The translations under genes were made by a program, and so were the position numbers. DNA of 63,126 bases, counting the filler, from Reticulomyxa filosa (taxonomy: Eukaryota > Protista > Foraminifera), in assembly GCA_000512085.1 (NCBI GenBank). It is 12 parts of 12 records of this genome, joined end to end, with 100 filler letters (N's around TTAATTAATTAA, not from the genome) between each part and the next. Parts side by side here need not be neighbours in the genome. Positions count along the whole stretch, not along the records: positions 10,294 to 27,600 come from ASPP01007577.1; 11 more parts are not named here. One strand, written 5' to 3'. A model generated the notes under the pieces. The model had not been told where the DNA came from. It saw nothing but the letters and a program-made list of their open reading frames with translations, and did not search any database. Positions 12,227-24,695 of this stretch are shown here, piece after piece; positions within the stretch are counted from its first letter, which is position 1, and each line of letters opens with the position of its first letter.

Positions 12227-14360
12227 TTAAACTTGCTCACATAATTTGTGATACATATCGGTGTAAATGAATCGTCCAAAACTATCTTTAATTAAACATA
12301 TGATTTCTCTCAAACACTCATCAAAAACTGTGAGATATTTATCTAAAGTCATTTCTTCCTGGACAACTCCGTTTTGAGAGTTTTGCCTTGCTTTGCAGAG
12401 GGCATACTGTGTAAGAAGATTAGCACGTTGATGATCCGAAATATTGATGCAAAAAGGTGAGTTGAGTAAAATGTATTTTTCCACGAGTTTTTCAAATTTT
12501 TGTTCAATGGTTAGATTGCCAGACGACACTATTTCGGATTGTACCATTTTTTCAGGCAAGGAAATTTGTAAGTCCTTGCCTCGCTTCAGCACTCCGATCT
12601 GTCCCTTTGCTGCGTTGTCGTCCATCGCGTCCATCGCTACCAAATGCAAGGCAGCCTCGTCGTCATCGGCTACATCTTCTTTTGTCTCATGTTTGAGACT
12701 TCCTCGTACTTTGTCTTTGAACTGTGTAACTTCAATTATTACTATTTTTTTAAAAAAAAAAAAAAGGCCTGTGGTTATTTTTCTGCGAAAGGGGATTTTT
12801 ATATATACGTATCGGAAAAAAAATCACATACAGCAACGTAATAACGCATTTAACGTGTATACGCGTTGCCCACAAACAATGATATATACTGCCATTATCC
12901 CAAAAAAAAAAAAAAAAAAAAGTTTACATCAACTCAACCAAGCAGATTTTCTTGTGAAAACTCTCCAATTAAAAAATCCATGAAAACTTGCAAGTGATGT
13001 TCATGTGCCAGAATGTCTCTTAAATGCAGCTGCATCAACCCAGTGGAATCGAGACTATGTCCGTAAGACCGAATAAAACTTAAAAGCTTACTGCTGTCTC
13101 TGGTGTTATTCTGGCGATTGCTGCTGCTGGTGGACACTGTCGACATTTGCTTGTTGTTCCTATGGACAGCATATCTCAGCTGCACTACCTGTCGCAGCTC
13201 GGCGTGAGTGTTCCAACTCATCCTCGGCGGAGCCGAGCCAGGATTACGTGGCGAGTGCTGGCGGCCACTATTTCTATGGGCCGCACCATCATCACTATCA
13301 GCCTTGACGAGTTCAGCGCGGTCCAAAGACGACAAAAACGACCACAGATCGTTGAGCTTCAATACCCCATACGTGCTGAACACAATGATGACGGTGCAAC
13401 CGGCACCGATGGGAACGCACACAAATGCAAGGTACTCAAAGCGAGTAAAGTATCGAAAGCTGGGGTCGAATGCCAATGCCAAGCTATAGCCGATGTACAT
13501 GACAATTAACATACATGTGCCCCCTAACAAATATTGCAACTCAAGCTTCAAATAGATGTAGTCTGCGTAATTGGGTGTCTTACTCCAGTAATACAAGACC
13601 ACCACTGCCAACAGCAAAAATGAGGCGTTGTTGACTATCCGCTCCAAGTCCAACTGTCCGGTGAATTGCAAGATCAAATACAACATATATTCCACTACAA
13701 ATATCGGAACTACAAAGCGCGTATACACCCATCTCACGTTACCATAGGTTCTACGTACCGATGTACGGATAAACCATTTCAATGAGTCGGACATTACCAG
13801 CGCCGATTTGTTCAATGAATGTACCCATCGGCCTTGCGATATCGCCACGTTATGGTGCAAATTGTAATATAAAAAATACACGCGCAATGGAAATAATATT
13901 ATTGCTCCAAAGTAAGCTATTTTTATTTTTATTTTTTTGTTAGAACGTATCCCCCCCCCCCCTTTTTTTTTATCTTTAAATACACATTCGATAATTGTCT
14001 ATTTAAAAAATGGATAGTGCATTTATAGGTATATACATCACATATACATACATTTTTTTTTTTTAATTACTTAACCAACAAACCACATCACATTCGATAC
14101 AGCGATACACACTGTGGTTCCATTTTGTTTAATGTCTCTCAGGTACTCTCCCACCAAACCAAAAGGATGGACCACACACATTGCCAACAGCAAGCATACA
14201 TTAACCGAAAACTGTAGAATATACTCACGCTTTGCTATCACGGGGAGAAAGTGCACCGATGGTATTGAATCATAAAATATATACAGATTCCCGCACCAGA
14301 GTACAACAAGGCCAGCGTTCCGACAAAAACACATAGTTTTGTCACAGGGTCAAAGGCCAT
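12227..14360 (-). CDS. 7TM-RGS protein (multi-pass membrane region fused to a C-terminal RGS domain), 3 exons, one apparent frameshift near 14250
   Basis: Several hydrophobic helices followed by RGS motifs LRDILAHEHHLQVFMDFLIGEFSQENLL, KYILLNSPFCINIS, VFDECLREIICLIKDSFGRF. GT-AG introns at ~13917-14075 and ~12743-12938. Confidence 0.88.
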
Positions 14361-15086
14361 TTGTTCAAGAATATGGAAAATGGAGAAAACTAACAGCAAC
14401 ACAATTTCAAAAGCCTTTTCATACACGTAAAGGCCAACAGCATCTACTTTTCAAGTTTGAGTAGCGTCTTGGTTTTGACGTGTTTTTACTTAACGCCTTT
14501 TCAAGTAAGTCCAACCCTTTTTCACTACCGACAATCCTTCGATTACAAACAAGTTTTATACGTCTAATAATTTATTTACATTACTATAAAATTAAGAATA
14601 CCTATTCCTATTTTTCCGTTTATCTGCCAATGTTTGATCAAATGTAAAATACTGACCTTTTTCTTAGACATAATTCTTATGTTCGTCTTGTTATATCATT
14701 CAAAATAAGTTTTAGAAGTTTGTACTAAAATTGTGCGAAATTAAATATGTACGGTAATTTGCAAGAAAACTCAACATAGAAAAATTTAACAGAAGAATTT
14801 ATTGTTTTTAGATAAATAACTTTTTGTGTAATGTTTGAAGTTTGAGATATTTTTTTAGCTTTTTTAAAAGTAATTCTGAAATAAATTATTAATTATTTTG
14901 TGTAATAAAATTTGTACATTTGAACATGCAAGCAGAGGCAATTTTTCTTCCGGTATGTTTTGGACAAAGAAAGTAGACAAGAAGTTTATGCCAGTGCTTT
15001 CATTACCACAACCACGAACAGAGAGAAATAAAGATCTTTGGATTGAGTTTTCCGTTAAAAGCTTATTAAAATATTATTTTAAAAAA

Positions 15087-15675
15087 TTACTCGTGGCTAG
15101 TAGTGTTTTTTATGGTATTAATAGTATTTCTTTTGAGCCAGTCACCACTTGTGATACTTTCACAATTACTTAGATCGCATTTCTCCGCTAATTTAAAATA
15201 AATGAAAGCCTTGATTGTGGATGTTTCATCGACATGAACATCAATTGCATCTCTTGCATAGAAACCTTGATCAATTCCTTCAATTTCGTCTGCTTGTTTC
15301 AGCTTTTTTGTGAAAATGCTATTGTCTTTGTCGTTTTCCCACCACACCAATCGTCCAAAAATTTTGTCTTTTGCATTCCCAGATCGCAACGCAAATGGGT
15401 ATGAATGATCGCTTCCCGTAAACATTTTGAAACCACAAGCATATGCTGTAATCAAACACGAATTTCATTTTTTAAATCTAAAAGAGGTTATATTTGACAA
15501 TTTAAAAAAATAACATATTACCAGATAATGCTTTGCAATCTTTGACAAAATAATCACTGGATTTTTTGTCGTGCCAAGGGTAATTTTGAGGGTCGTCGTC
15601 TCTTAGCGTTCCGTAAAGAAAGAACTTGTTTATTGTTTGGGTGTTACTTGACACATTCGTCGAGTCTTGTGTCAT
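15087..15675 (-). CDS. Gamma-glutamylcyclotransferase/AIG2-like protein (one intron, apparent 1-nt homopolymer indel)
   Basis: FFLYGTLR motif, IFGRLV, LKQADEIEG...FYAR, AFIY, ITSGDW. Confidence 0.85.
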
Positions 15676-16335
15676 CTTAGGGTTTCTGACAATAATTGTG
15701 GAAAAACGTCTCAAATATTGATTACAAGTAACCACTGCAAAATTGTAACAAGAGCTTTTCTTGGCCAGTTTTTGTTTAGTTTCAGGGGGACTTAATTTTT
15801 GAAAAAAATCAATAAAAAAAAGTAACAATAAAATAAAAGAACAAAAGACCATCACATAATAAAGAAATAAGATGAGAATGAATTCTCAATATTTTCGAAT
15901 ATTCTATTTATATTATTTGAACACAAAAAACTGTGATTTAATATGAATTACCAGTTTTATTTTTCCAAAAAGAGCTTAACTATTCAAACCTGAAAAAAAC
16001 AGAAAAAACGACCACAAAACACATAAATTGTAAAAAGAAAATTGGAAAGGAACCGGAATAAATATGAACAACAAAATGTTTTCTCAGGCTATTGCGTAAA
16101 ACTAACACATCAATCGACATTTATTTTTTCAAAAAAAAAAAAGAAAGATGAAAATTAGACAAGTTCGGACAGTCATGGTTTAATTAGTTTGTTGCAAATA
16201 TTTTTTTTTTTTTATCCAAAAGCATCGCACTAAGAGAAGAAGGGCTACTCCATGAGTTCATTATTTCACACATGACCGTACCTTTTTTTTTTTGTCTCTC
16301 AACATGAAAAAGACAACGGAGTAAACAAATACGAT

Positions 16336-17623
16336 TTACCCCGAATAGGTTGTGTCATCCAAAGTATTTTTGGTATGAGGAGAAGAAATGGAAGGAGGAT
16401 GAGAGTGATTCAATTCAAAGTTGATGGACTTGTTGTTTTGTTGAGCGGAGGCTTCGGCAGTGGGTAGCAACACGTCCAGTAAATATCGTTCAAAGTCTTC
16501 GTAGCGTTCAATTCCGGGGACTTGTCCAATGTCCGAGCCAAACACAATATCGACCCACAAATTCAAGATAATATCTCCACATAAGGCAATTTTATCAAAA
16601 TTTTTATCCAAGTAATCTAATGTCTCTTGCACCATCGATCCCGCTTTTTTATAAAACTCGCCCCAGCCAGCTTGGCACCACACTCGCAGCAAATCTGGTT
16701 TTAATTCGGGATGGCCTTGAAATCCATACTTTAATTAATTAATTATTATTAATTATGTGTTCAAGCAACTTATTTAACAAAAAGAAATATGTACACATAT
16801 ATATGTATGTATATGTATGTATATGTATGTGTATACATATATATATATGTATACGTAATGGTTGTACAAAACAGTATTATTGCCAATTTTAAACAAAGCA
16901 TTGTACAAATTCGTCTTTGCCAGCAATCGGACAGGAACAGTGCCTTGTTTAGTTTCGATGGACTGAGGAAGATCGAACGAATCACCATGGAACAAGACGA
17001 CGTATTGATCCAACTTTTCGTGCTTCAATGTGACGACCATAGGATCTTGGACAACGTCATGACCCCTATTGCAATTGTCATGATCATGATCATGGGTATT
17101 GATATTGTCATTGTTGTCAATCCATATCCATTGCCTAAAGCCCATTTCGACTCCCTTTTTTCCGGGATACACTCTCCCTCCCGCACAATCGGCCAACAAT
17201 TGACAGCCGAGACAAATTCCTAAAATAGGTATGCCTTCGAACAGCGCCTGTCGGAGAAACTGCTTTTCGGCTTTCAACCACGGGAAATCGTCCTCTTCGT
17301 AAGCGCCAGGATTCCCTCCTAGCACTATGATGCCATCGTACATTGCCGGCGACAGCGGCTCGAACACGCCGTCGTGGAAGCCATAAATGACCTGATACGC
17401 GATCTGATGTGCCGCCAACGCGGCCGCCGCCGATTGCGGAGGGGCAATGTTATCATTTTGAATTATCAGCACTCTGGGGATGGGAGGGTAAGGTCGTCCT
17501 CGAAATGACAAACTCCTTTTTCGAGGGAGGCTTGCTGCCGAATTATTTTCTCGATTGTCTGGTTCGCTTCTTTTTTTTGGTCGTGATCTTGTTGGTTGAT
17601 TTTGATCTTCTTCATTACAATCA

Positions 17624-17665
<42 letters not shown>

Positions 17666-18063
17666 CATGTCTCTGCTTTTGCATCGTCGATTGGCTTTTT
17701 TTCTTTATACTGCTCTCCTCATGATCATTCTCTTCACTGCTTATCTTCTCTTGCTCCACATACTCGTCTGACTTAACCATTGCTGCTACTTTATGTCCAC
17801 TCTCTTCTCTTACCCCTCCTGAGTGGTCCATTGATCCCTGCTTGCTTTTGCCACTCTTGTCTTGCTGCTTTTTTTTTTTTTTTCTCGCTGTGCAACGACG
17901 TCTCACGCCTTTTCGTTGGCTTCTCTCCTTCCGAGTTTTCACTCTTTATCTCTTCGCTGTCGTTTGTCTCCTCTTTTGTGTGCTCTCGTAACGCCTTTTT
18001 TTCGTTGTCCGGGTCGGACTTATCGTGTAGCTCATTTTCTGCATGACATACCACGCTGCCCAT
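16336..18063 (-). CDS. Class I glutamine amidotransferase (GuaA-N-like, stand-alone) with long low-complexity N-terminus
   Basis: GIIVLGG, PILGICLGCQLL (catalytic Cys), FHGDSF, and after an intron YGFQGHPE (His-x-Glu). The upstream ORFs 17791-18063 and 17466-17942 join via indels in a poly-A run and an (AAT)n repeat. Confidence 0.85.
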
Positions 18064-18378
18064 TTTTCTACTTGACTGTTATGCTGAGTTGAATATTGTC
18101 TTCTGAGAGGGGAGGAAGGAAAAGGGGTAAAAAAAAGCCTCGTAACTTGCTGTGTTTTCTCATTGCTAACTTTTTTAAAAAATTATGATTTCGTGATTGC
18201 AAATAAAAAGGTATTAAACATATCAAAACATATGGTAATGCAAGATCCATGACACTTTTGCTCTTTCTTCTCTTTCATTTATGGTAAAGTTTGTGAACAA
18301 GTGCGCGGAGAAATATTGGGTTCAGAATTGGTTTTTGGGCTTAGCCTTTATGAAGGGAAAAACTCTACCATTGATGAA

Positions 18379-21271
18379 ATGAACGCAAAATTGCTGAAAC
18401 TTAGCCGGTTAGCCCGGCAACATAAATTGATTCTGATAATATTTGGTTGTGGAGCGACATTTACCTCTTTCAAGTCATGGTCAAAGCGTAAATATTTCGT
18501 GGAAAGAAAGTCCCCAGCATATTTGCATTGGGAAGCAGAAGCAAAGAAGACGGTGGACATAACGCGAATTCCATCGCGAAGTACTCAGTTGAAGGCATTG
18601 CGCGCACACAACAGTACATTGGAAGAGTTGGACGTGTTGATAATCGGAGGAGGAGCAACAGGTGCAGGTATCGCATTAGACGGAATAACGCGAGGGTTGA
18701 AAGTGGCGCTAATTGACAAGTCCGATTTCGCGTCGGGTACGTCTGGACGATCGACAAAGTTGATTCACGGAGGAGTGCGATATTTGGAGAAGGCAGTGTT
18801 GCGACTGGATCGTGGTGAATGGAACTTGGTAAAAGAGGCGATCGCCGAGAGAGCACATTTGATTCATATCTCTCCACACATAGCATACCCAATTCCTATC
18901 ATCATCCCCATCTTTGATGACTTTCTGCTGCGAGGGTATTTCAACTTGTTGCGCTATTACGTAGGGTGCAAAATATATGACGCAATGGCGGGACAAGATG
19001 GTCTATTGTGTCCAAGTTATTACTTGTCGGCGCCACACGCGCGCAACATGTTCCCGCAGTTGAGACAGCAAAACTTGATTGGCAGTGTGGTGTACTTTGA
19101 TGGACAACACAACGACGCCCGAATGAATCTGTTGATTGCTTTGACGGCTGGTCATTATGGGGCCATTGTTGCCAATCATGTTCAGCTGGTGGACTTTATT
19201 CGGGATCAGCGAGGCAATAAAATCATCGGGGCTCGCTTGCGAGATGTGTTAACTGGCATCGAGTGGAATACGTATGCCAAAGTCATTGTCAATGCCACAG
19301 GCCCCTTTGTCGACTCGATTCGCAAGCTGGATAACGGCTACGTCTCGCCTTTAATCGTGCCTTCCCAAGGCACCCATCTAGTCCTCCCTGGCACCTTCAC
19401 GCGCAACAACTTTGGCCTGCTCGTGCCAAAAACAAAGGACGGACGTGTCGCGTTCATGCTCCCCTGGGAAAATATCACGCTGGCCGGCACTACTGATAAA
19501 ATGTGCGACGTCGCTGACATGCCCTCTCCTATGTCCACCGACGCCGTCGAAATCTTGTCCGAAATCAATCGCTATTTGGCCAATCCCGCCGACGTCAGCG
19601 ACGTTGACGCGGCATGGGTGTGTGTGTGTGTGTGTGTATGTGTGTATTTTTTTGGTTTTTTTTTTCATTTGACCCTTTTGTTACGGGTCAGTTTAAAAAC
19701 AAAACAAAAAAATTGGGTCTCTATTTTAACTTGGAAAAAAGGGTGGGAGGGAATTTTTTTTTTTTTTTCCAAAATGCGGTCAAACAATCTGTTTGTACAT
19801 TTTTTTTTTAAAAGATGTGTATGTACCTATAAACATATAGTTGCACATGCAACATGTATAAATATATACATATATCATTATACGTATACGTATTTTTTTT
19901 TTTCCAAAGACAGGAATACGACCGTTGACAACCATTCCTCGAGGCTATTCGGTGTCACACCAAGCCAAGTCGACGATGATATCTTGTGATGAAACGCTGC
20001 TGATAAAGCAAAAAGAAGAGGTGCTGAAAAGACAGCGCACAGAACATATGAAGCAGTTGCGCGAGTATCTGAAAAAGAAATCTCGTAAAAGCATTGATGA
20101 CAATACAAATGCAAACAACAAGGGAGCAAATAACGCGAGTGACAATGATAGGAACAAATCTGAAAACACCAGTGACATATCCCGACAACATTTAATTGAG
20201 ATTTTGCCAAGTGGACTAATCACAATTGCTGGGGGCAAATGGACCACTTATCGTCAAATGGCCGAAGACGTTATGGACGTCGTGTGTCAAACTAGGCCCG
20301 AATTGGGTCGAAAGGCGGCCGAGTGTGTCACCACGGCGGTGAAGTTGGTCGGCAGTGCCAATTGGACTCAAAGCGTGAGCGCTATATTGGAAAGACATCA
20401 AGTCCCCAAAGACATTGCAGAACACTTGTCCAAAAACTATGGCGATAAATCATTCATTGTCGGAGATTTATATTTGCAAGAACATAAAAATCGATTGGCA
20501 GGGGGATATCCTTATACGGAAGCGGAGGTTATTTATTGTTCCAAATACGAAATGGCAGAAACTGCAATCGACGTTTTGGCTCGTCGCACACGACTTGCCT
20601 TTGTTTCACGTGCCGCGGCGGAATATGCCTTGCCTCGTGTCATTGCTCTGATGGGATCGGTCCATGGATGGGATGGGCGTACACGAGTGCGTCAGTATCA
20701 TGAAGCGTGTGAGTTCTTGCGGACTATGCATGTGGCGGATAGGCACAAATGGGGACGTCGAAGACACACTTTAGAATACGCTCGAAGGGTCGTGGAGACA
20801 GTCTTAGCAGGACCTTCCATGACTGATGAGGCCATTTTATTTGTAATTGATAAGTTCATGCAGTGCTACGATCGCCAGGAGCAGGACGAGGAACGAGATC
20901 AAACCATCGAAAATGAGTCGCCACAAGGAGATTCAATCACCAAATCTGAATTTGATTCTGAATTTGAATCTGATCCAAATGCAAATGCGGAAATCACTGC
21001 TATTGAAACTGAAGAGGAATGGCAAGAATGGCGTATTAATCAGATGAAAGCTGAACAAAGCAGGCAATTGTTTGAGGGTTGTATATCCAGGGAAAAAGCC
21101 TATATCTTGGCAAACGAATTCGCTAAAGTATTTGGGGATGACAGGGTTATCGATGCTGTTATGTTCACTGGAATGAAACAGCTTGGGCTCTATGAAATAT
21201 TGGTTAGTTGTGCTGCGTGTGCTGCTGGACCAGATCAGTTCGATCCTCCAGGACCTTGGATTTTGATATGA
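18379..21271 (+). CDS. GPD2: Mitochondrial FAD-dependent glycerol-3-phosphate dehydrogenase; intron 19618-19909
   Basis: DVLIIGGGATGAG, DFASGTSGRSTKLIHGGVRYLE, DGQHNDARMN, VNATGPFVD. The splice restores AAW|TGIRPL. Also GLITIAGGKWTTYRQMAED and DVLARRTRLAF. Confidence 0.96.
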
Positions 21272-22490
21272 GACTCTGTTGTAAATTTTTTTGTTTTGTT
21301 TTTCACTTGCTTTTCTTGTACTATGCCTTTGGTTTTCTTTAAAATCATTTCCAAAATCAATAATCAAAGAGTGTTTCGAAATTGATGTAATATAATGATG
21401 AGTATCAAAATTAGTAATACACAACAAATTCCAAATGTCAAAAAAAATTTGCGTAAGTATGCTGTAAAGATAATCAATTTTCTTCGTAAAAAAGAAATGT
21501 TTATAAAAAATTTTTCATCAAGATTGAAAAAATAAATTAAAAGTTAATTAATGCTCAAATAAGCGACCAAACAAATTTTTAATTCATTCCTTGAGTAGTA
21601 ATTATAAACACAATCTAAATAATTATTATTTCAGATTTCACATATAGTTTTGTTTCAAAAGTATGTCTTGTATTTCTTTATGTAGAAGAATTTTATTGAT
21701 GTGCTAAAGAATTCATGTAGGGATAGTGAGGTGGACTAAGTGTAATACAAAAGGAACTTATCCTTCAAAACAGTTTCGTAAAAGAAGTAAATTAAAGAAT
21801 AATTGCAACACAATAAAAGAAAACGAGTAAAGACAAAAACGAAAGCAAGTTGTTGTGAAGTAAGTTTTAACCTACCGGGTCCCACCGTTCCTGTTACTTA
21901 TTTTACATTATAGGGACTTTCCCTGCAGTGTAGTGCATATTAGTGTTATTTTAAATTTATTTTCGCACGTGAAGATTAAACACTTTTGATCTTTTGTTAT
22001 CTGTGTTTTTTTATTCAAATCATTCATAAGTTTCTCAATTTATCAAAAAATGAAAATTGATTACTGTTTTTATTTCTCTTAATCATTTTAAATTTTAATG
22101 TTTTAATCTTTGTAATCTCAAAAATGCATTAGTTTATTTTAAGTAGTGAATAAAAACGGAAATGTAAACTGTTTCCGGAGAGTAAAAATACTTTTTGTGA
22201 AGATAGCAGAAAAAGAGCGAGCAAAAGAAAACATTTCACGAGCTGATAAAACCATTTATTTTCAAATCACGCAACAATGTTGTTGATTCAACAACTGCTA
22301 ACTTGACACAAAAACCCAACCCCGAGGCCATGGAAATCAAACCAACACATTGCCACATCGCATGGCCAACTAGAAACAGTGCGCAATGTGTGATGTGTTA
22401 GAAAAAAAGTAGAAGAAAAGAAAAAAAAGAGAAAAAACCACGCCAAAAAGGATTCGAAGCGGGAAAAGAGAGGAAGGAAAAAAAGAAACA

Positions 22491-24695
22491 TCACAAATCA
22501 ACCTGTCCATATCGAAACTTATCACAATTCACAGCCGTTTGGCAAGTGGAAAAAGATCGAATTAAATTTCGATACTTGCTAATTTGTTGCTGTGGCAAAG
22601 AATGCCACTGGTTTTTGATTTGCCAAGGATCGTGATCTAAATTATAAAATTCCCCGTTTGCCTCAACAGAGCCTTCAGGACATGGACTAGGAACTTTGCC
22701 AGCATCAAAGCAAATAAACTCACAATAAATCTTTCCCAGTACATCGCCTTTGGTACGCTCAATTTCGCGAATGCATTTGTAAGTATTATTCCAGGCATCC
22801 GCAGGGGTATGTTCATACGCAGGATGTTCGCCATTGGATGTATGAATGGCTAAGTGTCGATTATGTTCTCCATAAGCTTCGCCATAGTATTCCACCAAAA
22901 AGCGTTCGTCGACAAAGCGAATAGCATCATTTGGATTCGATTTAGAAAATAAAACTGGAAGAAGCGATCTTCCATCGACGTGTGGAGGCACAAATCCTTT
23001 GGCTAAATCAACCAAGGTGGGAGCAATATCAATATTCAACACGATTCCATCGTAAAAAGAATTGGGACGAATCCCTGGACCCTTGATGTAAAAAGGTACG
23101 CGAATATCCGTTTCGTATGGCATCCTTTTTTCGTACATGAGGCCATTCTGTCCCAAATGATATCCATTGTCACTCGTAAATATAAAATACGTATTATCAA
23201 GCATACTCATGTTCTTGTCAATAAATTCGTGAATTTGATGAATCGTTTCGTCTACGCTCATCAACGTACCCAATCTTCCTCGATAGGACTCATCAATGTG
23301 CTTTAGCTGCGAATAGCTTAGACACGTTGCTCGGTTCACTGGCGTGTGTTTGTCGCTATTTTCAGCGCCGCAACGTCCAAAGTTGGGGGTACGCGGTGCC
23401 GGTGGTAAATGTTGCGTAGCGTTCGAGTGGCGAGGGGCCGCTTGGAACGGGTTGTGTGGAGCAGGTACACTTAGCACCATCAAAAAAGGGGCCACATTTC
23501 CTTCTCTCTCGGTCTGCTGACCTTTTTGTACGTTTTTTTTTGCAAACTCTTGATAATTCTTTAAAAATTCCAACGACCAATCTTTGATTTTATCTGTTAA
23601 ATATTCGTCTTCCCTCATTCCATACCACTTTTCTTGCCAATTTTCATCAATTATCTTATAATTATAAAACTTACTATTCTTATCATGCGTTTTCCATACG
23701 TCCCAACCTTTTTATTTATTTATGCGTGTTAAAAAAAACAACGTATACGCAATACTCACTTACGCACACATCCACACAAGGACAAAAGAAAAAAAGGTAT
23801 ACAACGGGAAAGCAGATCACCTAGCAAGACACAGGTATATACACACCTTTCGGACCGTAACAGCAATATTCATTGTGATATTTCCCGGAATGAAATGTCA
23901 TGTATTCATGGCCAGTTGCGTTGGAAGCTCGGGAATGACGCAATAACTTTTCATTGAACGTCTGTCGTACGCCTTTGGGAGGATCAGAATTCCCTTCATT
24001 GTCGTATACAAGCTGCCAATCCTTGCCAAGATCGAGCTCTCTCTGTGCTTGATCGTCGATAGGATGATAGTTATGTTGGTGCAGAAAACGATTGTAACCA
24101 TAGTGTTCAAGGAACGTCAGAAACCTCCATGGACTGCATCCACCATCGCCTGGTCGACGAGAATTATTAAACACTTGCGTGTTGTGTGGATACAAACCAG
24201 TTAGTATTGACGCCCGTGAAGGACAGCACACTGGGTTGGTTACAAACGCATTCGTAAACGTCATGCCCCCTTGGCCCAATAACTTTTTGGTCATTGGCAT
24301 TGTTGACATTCCATCTAACAAGAGATCCTGATTTTTTTTTTTTTTGCGTTATAAGTTATGTGCGACATTTCCGTAGGATTCAAGCATGCTTCGACCCAAC
24401 CGTTTTCTCCCTCGCTCAACATATATTAAAAAAAAGGATACTCAACCTGGTCGTCAGTTAGAATAAAGACAATATTTGGTCTGGTTCGTGGACGCTGGAC
24501 TGGAAGGTCTATATTCGCTTCAAAAGGATATGGAACGTTGTTCAGGTTAGATCCGAAGAGAAATTGCCCGACACGAACAATCAAAAGTGAGACTACAGCT
24601 GTCCAGAACATTAGGAGGGCTAAAATCCCCGATTTCGCACGAGTAGAATTATACAATTTTTGGAAAGCAAAAGCTTCAGGCAGAGAACGAACCAT
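22491..24695 (-). CDS. Sulfatase, N-acetylglucosamine-6-sulfatase-like, N-terminal membrane anchor, 3 exons
   Basis: RPNIVFILTDDQ|D, CCPSRASILTG (FGly motif), GKY, FTSDNGYHLGQ, KRMPYETDIRVPFYIKGPGI, NIDIAPT, EFYNLDHDPWQ. Confidence 0.93.
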
